A stretch of DNA of 64,000 bases from an uncultured Clostridia bacterium (GCA_948560265.1 CAOXTD010000009.1:271-64270), one strand, 5' to 3'. Shown: positions 9,125-19,985, counted from the first letter of the stretch. Translations and numbers: made by a program. The notes: generated by a model not told the origin, from the letters alone.

Positions 9125-11381
9125 ATGATAGCAGAAGTTATTTTAAACAATAATAGTAAGCAATTGAATAGAGTATTTGACTATCAAATTCCAGAATGTA
9201 TGGTTTCCAAAGTGAAAATTGGAAGCCGTGTTTTGGTGCCTTTTGCTAATCGCAGAGAACCAGAGGAAGGCTTTGTAGTAAATATTAAAGAAACATCTAG
9301 CTATCAAGTAAAAGATATTAAACAAGTAGATGAAATAGAATATATCAGCAACAAAGATATAGAGTTGGCAAAGTGGATGGCAAGAAGGTATTTTTGCAAT
9401 ATATCTGATTGCATTAAGTTAATGTTGCCACCAGGAACCACTACTAAAGTGATAGAAAATCGAGTAAAAGAAAAAAGTGCTTGGTTTGTCTATATAAAGA
9501 GAGAGGAAGAAGAAATAGAGAGAGCAATTGAAAGCAAACTGATAAAATCAGACAAACAAATTAGAGCATTACGCTTTTTATTAGAAAATGAAGGAGTGTT
9601 AGTAACTGACTTAGAAGTATTTGCAGATGTAAGTAGAAGTGTTATTAACACTCTAGAAAAAAATGGATATATAGAAATCATTGAGAAGCAAGTAGAAAGA
9701 AATCCTTTTGTCCATAAAGTGATAGAAAAAGAGCAAGATTTGGTATTAACATCAGAACAAAATCAAGCCTATCAAACAATTAGTGATAGTATGGAAGATT
9801 GTTTCTATTCAGAATTTTTACTATTTGGAATAACTGGTTCACGGAAAGACAGAAGTGTATTTACAATTAATTGAAAAGGCATTAAAAGAAGAAAAATCTA
9901 GTATTATGCTAGTACCAGAGATTTCTTTGACACCACAAACAGTAGATAGATTTATTGCACGTTTTGGAGAAGAGAAAATAGCAGTTTTACATAGCAAATT
10001 ATCAGTAGGAGAAAGGTATGATCAGTGGAACAAAATTAGGCAAGGAAAAGCAAAGATAGTAATTGGAGCACGTTCAGCAATTTTTGCGCCAGTATCTAAT
10101 TTAGGTATTATCATTATTGATGAAGAACATGATAGTTCTTATAAATCAGAAACAAATCCAAGATATCATGCAAAAGAAATTGCAAGATATATGGCAAAAG
10201 AAAATAATGTGCCATTAGTGTTGGGCAGTGCTACACCAGACTTGGAGTCATATTACCGCACACAAACAGAAGAAATTAGCTTATTGGAATTAACAAAAAG
10301 GGCAAATCAAGCAAGTCTTCCAGATATAGAAATAGTAGATTTGAGACAAGAATTACAAGCAGGTAACAAATCTATGATAAGTGGAAAACTACATCAAGCT
10401 ATTAAACAGAATTTACAGAATAAAAAGCAAACGATCCTGTTCTTAAATCGTAGGGGATTTTCAACTTTTGTAATGTGCAGAGAATGTGGGGAGGCAATTA
10501 GATGTAAAAATTGTAACATTACTATGACATATCATGCAAATAGTAAAAAGCTAAGATGTCATTGCTGTGGATATGAAATGCCATCCGTTACCAAGTGTCC
10601 AGGGTGCCATAGCGAAAATATCCGCTATTTTGGGGCAGGTACGCAAAAATTAGAAGAGCAAATCCATTTACTGTTCCCAGAGGCTAAAATAATTAGAATG
10701 GATGTAGATACTGTTACCAAAAAGAATTCACACGAAATGATTTTGAATCAATTTAAAAATGAGGATATTGATATTTTAATTGGAACACAAATGGTGGTCA
10801 AAGGACATCATTTCCCAAACGTTACTTTAGTAGGGGTTATTGCAGCAGATAGTAGTTTGAATATAGATGATTTTAGAGCAAATGAAAGAACATTTCAGTT
10901 GTTAACCCAAGTAGCAGGAAGAGCAGGAAGAGAAAAAGAAAAAGGAAAGGTTATTATTCAAACATACAATCCAGACAACTTTAGTATAGAGTGTAGTAAA
11001 AAACAAGATTATCATTTGTTTTATGATACAGAGATAATGATGAGAAAACAATTGAAATATCCGCCTTTTTGCGATATAATAGTAATTGGAATAAGTAGCG
11101 AAAAAGAATTAGATGGAAAAAATATTACACAAAATTTACATACATATCTAAAAAACAGAGTATTACAAGAAAATTTGGGAATTATATTATATAAAGGGAT
11201 GCCATCACCAATTGATAAAATGAAAAATAAATATCGTTTTAGAATTATTATTAAATGCAAGTTTGATGATAATATGATAGAGGTTATGCAGGATGTTTTA
11301 GAGCAATATGAAAATATGAAAGAAAGTAAAAAGGAAGGCAATAGGGTAATTATAGATTTAAACCCAAATAGTTGGGTATAA
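9125..11381 (+). CDS. priA: primosomal replication protein N' (PriA helicase); frame broken by one extra C at 9842 inside the Walker A motif
   Basis: Skipping C9842 restores LLFGITGSGKTEVYLQLIEKAL. The Cys-rich zinc region CRECG...CKNC...CHCCG...CPGC is present. AGGAG lies before the ATG at 9125. Confidence 0.9.
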
Positions 11382-11402
11382 AAAAATCGGGAGGCAAGAT
11401 AT

Positions 11403-11882
11403 ATGGCAATTAGAATGATTAGGGAAAATGGAGATGAAATTTTAAGAAAAAAAGCAAGAGAAGTAGAAGTAGTTGATGACAAAATCAGACAGATACTAGA
11501 GGATATGGTAGAAACCATGCATAAGTTTAATGGAGTTGGATTAGCAGGTCCACAAATTGGAATTTTAAAAAGATTAGTAGTAATTGATCTTTATGATGAT
11601 AATGGACCTATTAAATTAGTGAATCCAAAAATTGTTGAACAAAAAGGAGAACAAGAGGTAGAAGAAGGATGCTTGAGTTTTCCTAATCAATATGCAAAGT
11701 TGATTCGTCCAGCACAAGTAACTATGGAAGCTTTGAACGAAAATGGAGAAAAGATTACGATAGAAGCGGAAGGGTTATTAGCACAAGCGATTTCACATGA
11801 ACTAGACCATTTAGAAGGAATTTTGTTTGTAGATAAAATGATACCAGGAACTATGGAATATACAGAGCCTGAGAAAGAGTAA
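11403..11882 (+). CDS. def: peptide deformylase
   Basis: GVGLAGPQIG, EGCLSFP and HELDHLEG motifs. Confidence 0.95.
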   Translation: MAIRMIRENGDEILRKKAREVEVVDDKIRQILEDMVETMHKFNGVGLAGPQIGILKRLVVIDLYDDNGPIKLVNPKIVEQKGEQEVEEGCLSFPNQYAKLIRPAQVTMEALNENGEKITIEAEGLLAQAISHELDHLEGILFVDKMIPGTMEYTEPEKE

Positions 11883-11920
11883 TGTAATAAAAAGATAGTA
11901 GAGAATATGAAATTTTTTTA

Positions 11921-11968
11921 TTGACATATTACAATATATATTGATAAAATAAAATACAATGTTATACT
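11921..11968 (+). promoter_or_regulatory. sigma-A-like promoter(s) in the def-fmt spacer
   Basis: TTGACA (11921-26), 17 nt, then TG-ATAAAAT. An overlapping TTGATA-N16-TATACT is also present. Confidence 0.4.
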
Positions 11969-12121
11969 GGAAGCCTTCTAAAGAGGAAAATGAAGAATTG
12001 ATATAATATAAAAGAAATTGAAAAAAATTACCTTTTCAGTTTCTTTTGTTTTATCTTGCAACTTATCAAAATATCTGTTAAAATACCAATAAAATGATAC
12101 AAGGAAGAAGGAAAATAAATA

Positions 12122-13117
12122 ATGCTTAATATTGTATTTATGGGAACGCCAGACTTTGCAGAAAAATCTTTGAAAAGTTTAATAGAAGCAAAATATAACA
12201 TTTTAGCAGTTGTTACTAATCCAGATAAGCCACAAGGAAGAGGAATGAAACTAGTTGCTTCTCCAGTGAAACAATATGCACTTTTAAAAGAAATTCCAGT
12301 TTATCAGCCGGAAAAAGTAAGAAATAATACAGAGTTTATAGAAGAAATGAAAAGGCTAAATCCAGATATTATCTGTGTAGTAGCCTATGGAAAAATTTTG
12401 CCACAAGAATTATTAGACATTCCAAAACTTGGATGTATTAATGTACATGGATCTCTTTTACCAAAATATAGAGGAGCTGCGCCAATTCAATGGGCAGTTT
12501 TAAATGGAGAAAAAATAACAGGAGTTACTACCATGTATATGGATGCAGGTATGGATACTGGTGATATGATTTTAAAAGAAGAAATTGCAATTGGAGAAGA
12601 CGAAACAACAGGAGAACTTTGGGATAGATTAAGTCAAATAGGTGGAGAGATATTAGTAAAAACCTTAAAGTTAATAGAAGAGGGAAAAGCACCAAGAGAA
12701 AAGCAAGGGGAAGACTTTAGTATGGCACCAATGCTAAAAAAAGAAATGGCGCAAATAGATTGGGAAAATCAAACGGCTGAACAAATTCATGATTTAGTAA
12801 GAGGATTAAATCCAATTATGGGAAGTTATACTTTTTTAGGAGATAAGAAGCTGAAGTTTTGGAAGGTAAAAAATCTTACTAATTCAGAGTTTTTACAAGT
12901 ATATGAAGAAATGAAAGAGTATGAATATAAGTTAAAAGAAATTATATCAGGTACTGTTTTACTAGCAGACGCAAAACAAGGATTATATATTAAAGCAAAA
13001 GAGGGCATTATTCAGGTGTTAGAAATACAAGGAGAGAATGCAAAAAGAATGGAAGTATTTGACTTTTTGAGAGGAACTCAAATTTTAGCTGGAACAGTAT
13101 TAGAAAGCATTTGTTAA
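12122..13117 (+). CDS. fmt: methionyl-tRNA formyltransferase
   Basis: IVFMGTPDFA and HGSLLPKYRGAAPIQWA motifs. Confidence 0.95.
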   Translation: MLNIVFMGTPDFAEKSLKSLIEAKYNILAVVTNPDKPQGRGMKLVASPVKQYALLKEIPVYQPEKVRNNTEFIEEMKRLNPDIICVVAYGKILPQELLDIPKLGCINVHGSLLPKYRGAAPIQWAVLNGEKITGVTTMYMDAGMDTGDMILKEEIAIGEDETTGELWDRLSQIGGEILVKTLKLIEEGKAPREKQGEDFSMAPMLKKEMAQIDWENQTAEQIHDLVRGLNPIMGSYTFLGDKKLKFWKVKNLTNSEFLQVYEEMKEYEYKLKEIISGTVLLADAKQGLYIKAKEGIIQVLEIQGENAKRMEVFDFLRGTQILAGTVLESIC

Positions 13118-13121
13118 TTAG

Positions 13122-13172
13122 AAATCTTGTAATATTATATTTTTTGTTTATAATATTACAAGATTTTTTATG
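13122..13172 (+). terminator. intrinsic terminator after fmt
   Basis: 18-bp stem AAATCTTGTAATATTATA/TATAATATTACAAGATTT followed by a T-run. Confidence 0.75.
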
Positions 13173-13255
13173 AAAAAACAGTTGTAAAAATTCAGCAGAA
13201 TTGATATACTTATACCATATTAAAAATCTTTTTATAAGAAGAAGGAGGAGATTTT

Positions 13256-13678
13256 ATGGAAGAAGAAAACAAAGAAGTGGTTGCACAAGAAAATAATGGA
13301 GAAGTATCTTTAGAAAATAATACAAATATTAGAATTGCAGATGATGTAATTGCAGTAATTGCAGGAGTTGCAGTAGCAGAAGTACCTGGGGTAGCAGAAA
13401 TGTCAGGAGGCTTTGCAGGAGGTATTTCAGAAGTACTTAGTGGTAAGAAAAACTTGTCAAAAGGAATTAAAGTAGAATCAGGAGAAAAAGAAACTAGAAT
13501 AGATGTTAATATTATTGTAGAATATGGCATTAGAATTCCAGATGTGGCTTTTGAGATTCAGAACAAAGTAAAAGTTGCAGTAGAAAAAATGACTGGATTA
13601 AAAGTTGTAGAAGTAAATGTTCATATTCAAGGTGTTAGCACACAAAATATGGAAAACAATAATACAAATAATAACTAG
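13256..13678 (+). CDS. Asp23/Gls24-family alkaline shock protein
   Basis: IADDVIAVIAGVAVAEVPGV and VNVHIQGV are typical of the family. Confidence 0.9.
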   Translation: MEEENKEVVAQENNGEVSLENNTNIRIADDVIAVIAGVAVAEVPGVAEMSGGFAGGISEVLSGKKNLSKGIKVESGEKETRIDVNIIVEYGIRIPDVAFEIQNKVKVAVEKMTGLKVVEVNVHIQGVSTQNMENNNTNNN

Positions 13679-13745
13679 AAGAAAAAGGCACGAGGAATTT
13701 CTTGTGCCTCTGATTTCTATATTAGGAATAAATGGAGGAACCAAT

Positions 13746-14303
13746 ATGAAACTATTAGACAAAATAGGATTAGCACTATTTTCTACTTTAGTATTAATAT
13801 TAGCAATTGTTACTTGTTTAATGATTTTTGGATGGCTTGATACAGATTTAGTACATAATTTTGTGGATGCAGGAGTTCATGGACAAGTTTCTTCTAGTGT
13901 TTTACTTGTTGTTTGCATGATATTAATATTATTAGCAATTAAATGTATCTTTTTTGATTCTCATTCAAAACAAGAAATAGACTATAAAAATGGAATTTTA
14001 TTAGAAAATTCAGATGGAAAGCTTTTAATTACAAAAGATACGTTAGAAAATTTAGTAAATGGTGTGGCAAAAGGTTTTGAAGGTGCTGAGAATATTACTA
14101 CTAGAGTAGAATTAGATAAAGAAAATCATGTAATAGTATTTGTAAATTTGAGTGTAAAAGAAAATGCAATTATTAAAGAATTGTCAACAAATTTACAAAC
14201 AAAAATCAAAACAACTATTAAGAAAACATCAGATTTAGAAGTAAAAGAAGTAAATATAAAAGTAAAAGATATTGAACCAGTAAAAACAATAATTCAAGAA
14301 TAA
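13746..14303 (+). CDS. alkaline-shock-response membrane anchor (AmaP-like)
   Basis: Two N-terminal TM helices; sits downstream of asp23; GGAGG before the ATG at 13746. Confidence 0.65.
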   Translation: MKLLDKIGLALFSTLVLILAIVTCLMIFGWLDTDLVHNFVDAGVHGQVSSSVLLVVCMILILLAIKCIFFDSHSKQEIDYKNGILLENSDGKLLITKDTLENLVNGVAKGFEGAENITTRVELDKENHVIVFVNLSVKENAIIKELSTNLQTKIKTTIKKTSDLEVKEVNIKVKDIEPVKTIIQE

Positions 14304-14316
14304 AGGAGGCCATAAA

Positions 14317-14532
14317 ATGGATGGTTTTACAATATTTTGGAACAAATATGGAGGAGCCATTGTTGGTTTAATTGTTGGAATTTTTTTAGCTATTTTAATT
14401 GTGTTTACAAATTTTTATAAAATAATTCTTGCAATAGCACTTGTTATTGTATGTATTTGGGTAGGAAGCTATGTGCAACGCAATAAAGAAGCAGTAAAAG
14501 AAAAAACCAAGAATTTTATTGATAAATTATAA
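14317..14532 (+). CDS. small integral membrane protein (DUF2273-like)
   Basis: 71 aa, two TM helices; conserved partner in the asp23 cluster. Confidence 0.65.
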   Translation: MDGFTIFWNKYGGAIVGLIVGIFLAILIVFTNFYKIILAIALVIVCIWVGSYVQRNKEAVKEKTKNFIDKL

Positions 14533-14574
14533 AATAGAGCCATAGAGAAAAAGTAAAGGAGTTCATACATAAAA

Positions 14575-14991
14575 ATGACGAGGTCAGAAGGAAGAAATTT
14601 AGCATTCGAATTGCTATATAGTCTAGAAATCCAAAAAGTGGAAAAAGAGGAACAAGAAGAGCAAATTCAATTGTTTTTGCAAGAAAATACAATTGAAGAA
14701 AAAAATGTAGTAGAATATATCAAACAGACAATTAATGGAATTACTCTTGAAAAAGCAGAAATTGAAAAAATGATTTCTCAAAATTTAAAAGAAAAATGGG
14801 ATATCAATAGAATTTCTAAAGTAAATTTAGCATTACTAAAGCTTGGAATTTATGAAATGTTATATAGCAAATTACCATATAAAGTAGTAGTAAACGAAGT
14901 AGTAGAATTGGCAAAAAAGTATGGAGAAGACAGTTCGCCATCTTTTGTTAATGGAATTTTAGCTAATATTATTAAACAGAAAGGCTTATAA
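14575..14991 (+). CDS. nusB: transcription antitermination factor NusB
   Basis: RSEGRNLAFELLY... and SPSFVNGILANI. Confidence 0.9.
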   Translation: MTRSEGRNLAFELLYSLEIQKVEKEEQEEQIQLFLQENTIEEKNVVEYIKQTINGITLEKAEIEKMISQNLKEKWDINRISKVNLALLKLGIYEMLYSKLPYKVVVNEVVELAKKYGEDSSPSFVNGILANIIKQKGL

Positions 14992-14999
14992 AAGAGGAT

Positions 15000-16196
15000 A
15001 TGATATATAATCCAATTAGTGTTACAGAATTAAATAAGTACATAAAAGGAAAGTTTGAAGAAGACGAATATTTTGCAAATGTATTAGTAGAAGGTGAAAT
15101 TTCCAATTATAAGCATCACTATACAGGACATTTGTATTTTACTTTAAAAGATGAGAATTCTTTAATTAAGTGTATTATGTTTAAAACTTATACAGGTCAT
15201 TTGGAATTCGAACCAAAAGATGGAATGAAAGTAATGATTTTAGGTAGCGTTTCTATTTTTGAGAGAGATGGTACTTATCAGTTATACGCAAAAGCAATGA
15301 AGCCTTTAGGCATGGTTGGAGATTTAAGGGCAGCATATGAGGAATTAAAGAAAAAGCTAGAAAAAGAAGGTCTTTTTGATGAAGAACATAAAAAAAAGAT
15401 ACCAACTTATCCAAAAGTGATTGGAGTTTTAACTTCTAATACAGGTGCAGTTATTCGTGATATTATTAATGTTTCTACAAGAAGAAATCCTAATGTAGTA
15501 ATTAGATTATTTCCTGTACCTGTTCAAGGGGAGGGGGCTGCTGAGAAGATTGCTAAAGGTATTAAATTTATGAATGAACAAAAACTAGCAGATGTATTAA
15601 TTCTTGCTAGAGGCGGAGGTTCATTAGAAGATTTATGGTCATTTAATGAAGAAATTGTTGCTAGAGCAATTTATGAATCAAAATTGCCAATTATTTCAGC
15701 AGTAGGACATGAAACTGATTTTACCATTTCTGACTTTGTAGCAGATTTAAGAGCTCCAACGCCTTCGGCTGCAGCTGAACTTGCAGTTCCAGACATAGAA
15801 GAATTGAAATTAAAGATAATAGGGTATGAAAATCGTTTAAAACAGGCACTGATTCAAAAAGTGCAATTAATGAGGCTACAGTATGAAAAATGTATGCAAA
15901 GTAGAGTATTTACTCAGCCATTGCAGAAGATTAATGAACAATATATGATGATAGATATGAAATTAAAAGTAATGGAACACAGCATTTTACAAAAATTGCA
16001 AATAGAAAAGAGTAGTTTTCAAAAATTAGTTTTGCAATTAGATACATTAAGCCCTTTGAAAATTTTATCAAGAGGTTATGGAATTGTATATAAAGAGGAA
16101 AACAGAGTAAAAAACATTGCACAGTTAACTGTAAACGATAAAGTAACGATTCGCTTACAAGATGGAGAAGCAAAAGCAAAAATTATAGAAGAATAG
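15000..16196 (+). CDS. xseA: exodeoxyribonuclease VII large subunit
   Basis: OB-fold N-terminus GEISNYKHHYTGHLYFTLKD; ARGGGSLEDLW and GHETDFT motifs. Confidence 0.95.
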   Translation: MIYNPISVTELNKYIKGKFEEDEYFANVLVEGEISNYKHHYTGHLYFTLKDENSLIKCIMFKTYTGHLEFEPKDGMKVMILGSVSIFERDGTYQLYAKAMKPLGMVGDLRAAYEELKKKLEKEGLFDEEHKKKIPTYPKVIGVLTSNTGAVIRDIINVSTRRNPNVVIRLFPVPVQGEGAAEKIAKGIKFMNEQKLADVLILARGGGSLEDLWSFNEEIVARAIYESKLPIISAVGHETDFTISDFVADLRAPTPSAAAELAVPDIEELKLKIIGYENRLKQALIQKVQLMRLQYEKCMQSRVFTQPLQKINEQYMMIDMKLKVMEHSILQKLQIEKSSFQKLVLQLDTLSPLKILSRGYGIVYKEENRVKNIAQLTVNDKVTIRLQDGEAKAKIIEE

Positions 16197-16261
16197 AAAA
16201 CTAAAAGAAGAGGAAAGAAAGGAGAAATATCAATTCGCAAAAATTGATATTAACCAATAAG

Positions 16262-16765
16262 ATGAGTAAATCAACCAGAAATATTTTGATACTAGTTTTA
16301 ATAGGATTATTAGTAATAGGAATAGCAGTGGCAGTATATGGACACTTAAAAACAGAACCAATAGAAGCAAATGTCAGTAAAGAGAATATTCTAGATAATG
16401 CAAATAAAGGTCTAGAAAACTTTATAAATGACATTTTTGATGAAAATGATATAGCAAATAATGAACAAAGTACTGAGGAAAAAAAGGAAAATCAAACTAC
16501 TAGTACACAAAATCCTGGTACTCAAAATGATGTACAAGATACTAATATAGTAGAAAATCAAATAACTCCAGGAGAAAAGAAGGCCTTAGAATTTGTAAAA
16601 ACAGAATGGAAAAAAGAGTGGGGAAGTTTAGAAGGAGTATCATTTAATAATGAAAGTATTCAAAGTGATGGAAAATATATTGTTTCTGTCAATGATAGTA
16701 AAACAACAAGAGTACTTCGTCGTTATATAGTAGATACGATTACAGGAGTAGTAGAAGAAAAGTAA
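16262..16765 (+). CDS. membrane-anchored hypothetical protein inserted between xseA and xseB
   Basis: One N-terminal TM helix followed by a polar domain. Confidence 0.5.
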   Translation: MSKSTRNILILVLIGLLVIGIAVAVYGHLKTEPIEANVSKENILDNANKGLENFINDIFDENDIANNEQSTEEKKENQTTSTQNPGTQNDVQDTNIVENQITPGEKKALEFVKTEWKKEWGSLEGVSFNNESIQSDGKYIVSVNDSKTTRVLRRYIVDTITGVVEEK

Positions 16766-16784
16766 AATGGGAGGAAAAAACTAT

Positions 16785-17018
16785 ATGGAAAATAAAGGCT
16801 TGCCTTTTGAGGAAGCTATGAAGCAATTAGAGAATGTTGCAGCAGAACTAGAAAAAGGTGATTTAAACTTAGATGAGTCAGTTGCAAAGTTCGAAGAGGG
16901 CATGAAACTATCTAAACAATGTAGTAAGTTATTAGAAGATGCAGAAAAAAGAATTACTATTCTATTAAAAGATGGAGATAGTGTTAAAGAAGAAAATTTT
17001 ATACAGGAAGAGGAATAA
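16785..17018 (+). CDS. xseB: exodeoxyribonuclease VII small subunit
   Basis: FEEAMKQLENVAAELEKGDLNLDESVAKFEEGMKL. Confidence 0.9.
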   Translation: MENKGLPFEEAMKQLENVAAELEKGDLNLDESVAKFEEGMKLSKQCSKLLEDAEKRITILLKDGDSVKEENFIQEEE

Positions 17019-17024
17019 AAGAAA

Positions 17025-17468
17025 ATGCAGGGGATTGTTGCGTTTATTAGAGAATATAGATATATTATTGTGCCTTTTTTGGTATGGTTTGGAATTCAAT
17101 TATTTAAATTTCTTTATGATATTGTAAAAGAAAAAAAATTTAACTTTAAAAGACTTATGCAAGCAGGAGGAATGCCAAGTTCACACTCAGCAGTAGTGGT
17201 AGCATTAACTACTATGATAGCAAAAGCGGAGGGATTAACATCTCCTTTATTTGGTGTATCCCTTATTTTTTCTTTTGTTGTTATGTATGATGCAGCAGGT
17301 GTAAGAAGAGCAGCAGGAAAACAAGCGAAGTTGTTAAATAAAATTGTAGAAACTCCAGGATTAAGTGGAGTAGAAGTTTCAGAAAGATTAGTGGAAGTTT
17401 TAGGACATACACCAGTACAAGTTTTTGTAGGTGCATTTATTGGACTAATTGTGGGAATAATCATTTAG
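17025..17468 (+). CDS. divergent PAP2-family membrane protein (DUF212-like)
   Basis: GGMPSSHSA and YDAAGVRR motifs. Confidence 0.8.
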   Translation: MQGIVAFIREYRYIIVPFLVWFGIQLFKFLYDIVKEKKFNFKRLMQAGGMPSSHSAVVVALTTMIAKAEGLTSPLFGVSLIFSFVVMYDAAGVRRAAGKQAKLLNKIVETPGLSGVEVSERLVEVLGHTPVQVFVGAFIGLIVGIII

Positions 17469-17530
17469 TGTCAGGTTGGGGACGTTCCTTTTTCTGACAA
17501 AAGTGTCATACTGGGGACATACCTTGAAAA
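17468..17530 (+). repeat. dispersed hairpin element, copy a (double unit)
   Basis: TAG|TGTCAGGTTGGGGACGTTCCTTTTTCTGACA followed by a second unit TGTCATACTGGGGACATACC. Starts at the stop codon of the upstream gene. Confidence 0.8.
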
Positions 17531-17551
17531 GATTAAAAGGAGGAACCTTAA

Positions 17552-19213
17552 ATGGAAGATGTAGATATTGCAAGAAATACGAAGCTAGAAAGAATTTCTA
17601 AAATAGCACAAGACTTAGGAATTCAGGAAGAAGAATTAGAACAATATGGAAAATACAAAGCAAAGATTTCTCCAGAAGTATATAAGCGATTAGAGAATAA
17701 AGAAAATGGAAAGTTAATTTTAGTAACAGCAATTAATCCTACTCCTTTAGGAGAAGGAAAAACTACTATGGCAATTGGACTAGCTGATGGCTTAAGAAAA
17801 ATAGGAAAAAAGGCAGTTCTTGCATTAAGAGAGCCTTCTTTAGGACCTGTGTTTGGAATTAAAGGTGGAGCTACTGGTGGAGGTCATAGCCAAATAGCTC
17901 CAATGGAAGATATCAACTTGCATTTTACAGGGGATATTCATGCTATTACTTCAGCAAATAATTTACTTTCTGCTATGATAGATAATCATATTTATTTCGG
18001 AAATGAGTTAGGTTTTGATAGAGTAGTATGGAAAAGATGTGTAGACTTAAATGATAGACAATTAAGAAAAGTAGATACAGGTTTATCAGAAGAAAAAAAC
18101 ATTGTACCAAGAATGGATGGATTTGATATTTCTGTTGCTTCTGAAATTATGGCAATTTTTTGCTTAGCAACTGATATAGAAGATTTAAAAAGGAGAATTG
18201 GAAATATTATTGTTGGTTATACTAAGGATAATAAACCAATTACAGCCAGAGATTTAAAAGCAGAAGGTAGTATGACTGTTTTATTAAAAGATGCAATCAA
18301 TCCAAATTTAGTGCAAACTTTAGAAAAAACACCTGCAATTGTTCATGGTGGACCATTTGCTAATATTGCTCATGGTTGTAATAGTGTAATTGCTACAAAA
18401 CTAGCTTTAAAATTAGGGGATTATGTTGTTACAGAGGCAGGATTTGGAGCAGATTTGGGAGCAGAAAAATTCTTAGATATTAAATGTAGAAAAGCAAATT
18501 TAAAGCCTGATGTGGTTGTTTGCGTAGCAACTATGAAAGCTTTGAAATATCATGGTGGAATGCCAAAAGAGGACTTAAATCAAGAGAGTGTAGAATATTT
18601 AGAAAAAGGTTTTGAAAACTTAGAAAGACATGTAGACAATTTGAAAAATCGCTATGGTTTAAATGTAGTAGTGGCAATTAATAAATATACACAAGATACA
18701 AAGGAAGAAGTAGAATTTTTACAAAATAAACTAAAAGAAAAAGAAATAGAATTAAGTTTAGTAGAAAGCTGGGAAAAAGGTGGAGATGGTGCTACTGATT
18801 TAGCAGAACAAATTGTAAGCTTAGTGGACAAACAAGAAGATTTCAAATTTGCATATGAACTACAAGAAAGTATAGAAAATAAAATTAAGGCTGTGGCACA
18901 AAAAGTATATGGAGCGCAAGATGTGGAGTATACTGAGGAAGCCAAAAAACACATTGAGGAAATTGAAAAATTAGGATATGGTAATTTACCAGTATGTATT
19001 GCAAAAACACAGTATTCTTTCTCAGATGACCCTAAAAATTTAGAATGTAAAGAGCCATTTAACATTCATGTACAAGATGTGGTGCTAAGAGCAGGTGCAG
19101 AATTTGTAGTAGTGCTAACAGGAAAGATTATGACAATGCCAGGTCTTCCAAAAGTTCCAGCTGCTGAGAAAATTGATTTAGACGAAAAAAATAATATTAT
19201 AGGAATATTTTAA
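17552..19213 (+). CDS. fhs: formate--tetrahydrofolate ligase
   Basis: 553 aa; TPLGEGKTT and FANIAHGCNS motifs. Confidence 0.97.
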   Translation: MEDVDIARNTKLERISKIAQDLGIQEEELEQYGKYKAKISPEVYKRLENKENGKLILVTAINPTPLGEGKTTMAIGLADGLRKIGKKAVLALREPSLGPVFGIKGGATGGGHSQIAPMEDINLHFTGDIHAITSANNLLSAMIDNHIYFGNELGFDRVVWKRCVDLNDRQLRKVDTGLSEEKNIVPRMDGFDISVASEIMAIFCLATDIEDLKRRIGNIIVGYTKDNKPITARDLKAEGSMTVLLKDAINPNLVQTLEKTPAIVHGGPFANIAHGCNSVIATKLALKLGDYVVTEAGFGADLGAEKFLDIKCRKANLKPDVVVCVATMKALKYHGGMPKEDLNQESVEYLEKGFENLERHVDNLKNRYGLNVVVAINKYTQDTKEEVEFLQNKLKEKEIELSLVESWEKGGDGATDLAEQIVSLVDKQEDFKFAYELQESIENKIKAVAQKVYGAQDVEYTEEAKKHIEEIEKLGYGNLPVCIAKTQYSFSDDPKNLECKEPFNIHVQDVVLRAGAEFVVVLTGKIMTMPGLPKVPAAEKIDLDEKNNIIGIF

Positions 19214-19283
19214 ATTTGAATAAATACACCAATTCTGGTTAAAATAAACATAACAGATTTTAACGGAAAGTGGTGTATTTTTT

Positions 19284-19985
19284 ATGTTCAAAAAAGTAGT
19301 TGAAAATAAAAGAAGAATGTGGGCAATGGTAATCATAACGCTAGCTTTTAGTGTATTCTTTTCCTATCATATTTTTATCAGAAATAGTCAAACAGAGGCA
19401 TTATCTAAATATGGCTCTAGAGGTGATGAAGTAAGGCAAATTCAAACAAAATTAAAAAGATGGGGATATTACAGTGGAAATATTGATGGCATTTATGGAA
19501 GCCAAACACAAGCAGCTGTTAGATGGTTTCAGTCTAAAAATGGATTAACAGTAGATGGCATTGCAGGAAAAAATACCTTAAAAGCAATGGGAATTATGAA
19601 TTCTAGTAATAGTTCCAGCTCAGGAGCTACTACTTCCAATGACCTAAACTTATTAGCAAGGCTTGTGTATGGAGAAGCGAGAGGAGAGCCATATTCTGGA
19701 CAAGTTGCAGTAGCTGCAGTTGTATTAAACCGCGTAAGAAGTAGTTCTTTTCCGAATACTGTATCAGGAGTAATTTATCAAAGAGGGGCTTTTGATGTGG
19801 TATCAGATGGACAGATTAATTTAACACCAAATGATACAGCTAGAAAAGCTGCTCAAGATGCATTGAATGGTTGGGATCCATCTTATGGTGCAATTTACTA
19901 TTTTAATCCAAGTACAGCAACGAATAAATGGATTTGGTCAAGACCAATGACAGTAACAATTGGTAGACATAGATTTTGTAAGTAG
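19284..19985 (+). CDS. spore cortex-lytic / cell-wall hydrolase (SleB/CwlJ-like) with a PG-binding domain
   Basis: The PG_binding_1-like segment is IQTKLKRWGYYSGNIDGIYGSQT. The hydrolase_2-like segment is LARLVYGEARGEPY...AVVLNRV. Confidence 0.85.
   Translation: MFKKVVENKRRMWAMVIITLAFSVFFSYHIFIRNSQTEALSKYGSRGDEVRQIQTKLKRWGYYSGNIDGIYGSQTQAAVRWFQSKNGLTVDGIAGKNTLKAMGIMNSSNSSSSGATTSNDLNLLARLVYGEARGEPYSGQVAVAAVVLNRVRSSSFPNTVSGVIYQRGAFDVVSDGQINLTPNDTARKAAQDALNGWDPSYGAIYYFNPSTATNKWIWSRPMTVTIGRHRFCK

Noticed and set aside
17469-17551. Translation continuing past the stop codon into the hairpin elements (copies a and b stay open for about 30 codons).
   Set aside because: Copies c, d, e and f hit stops after 6-16 codons in the same register, and the conceptual peptides are not conserved. 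The conservation pattern is structural, not coding.
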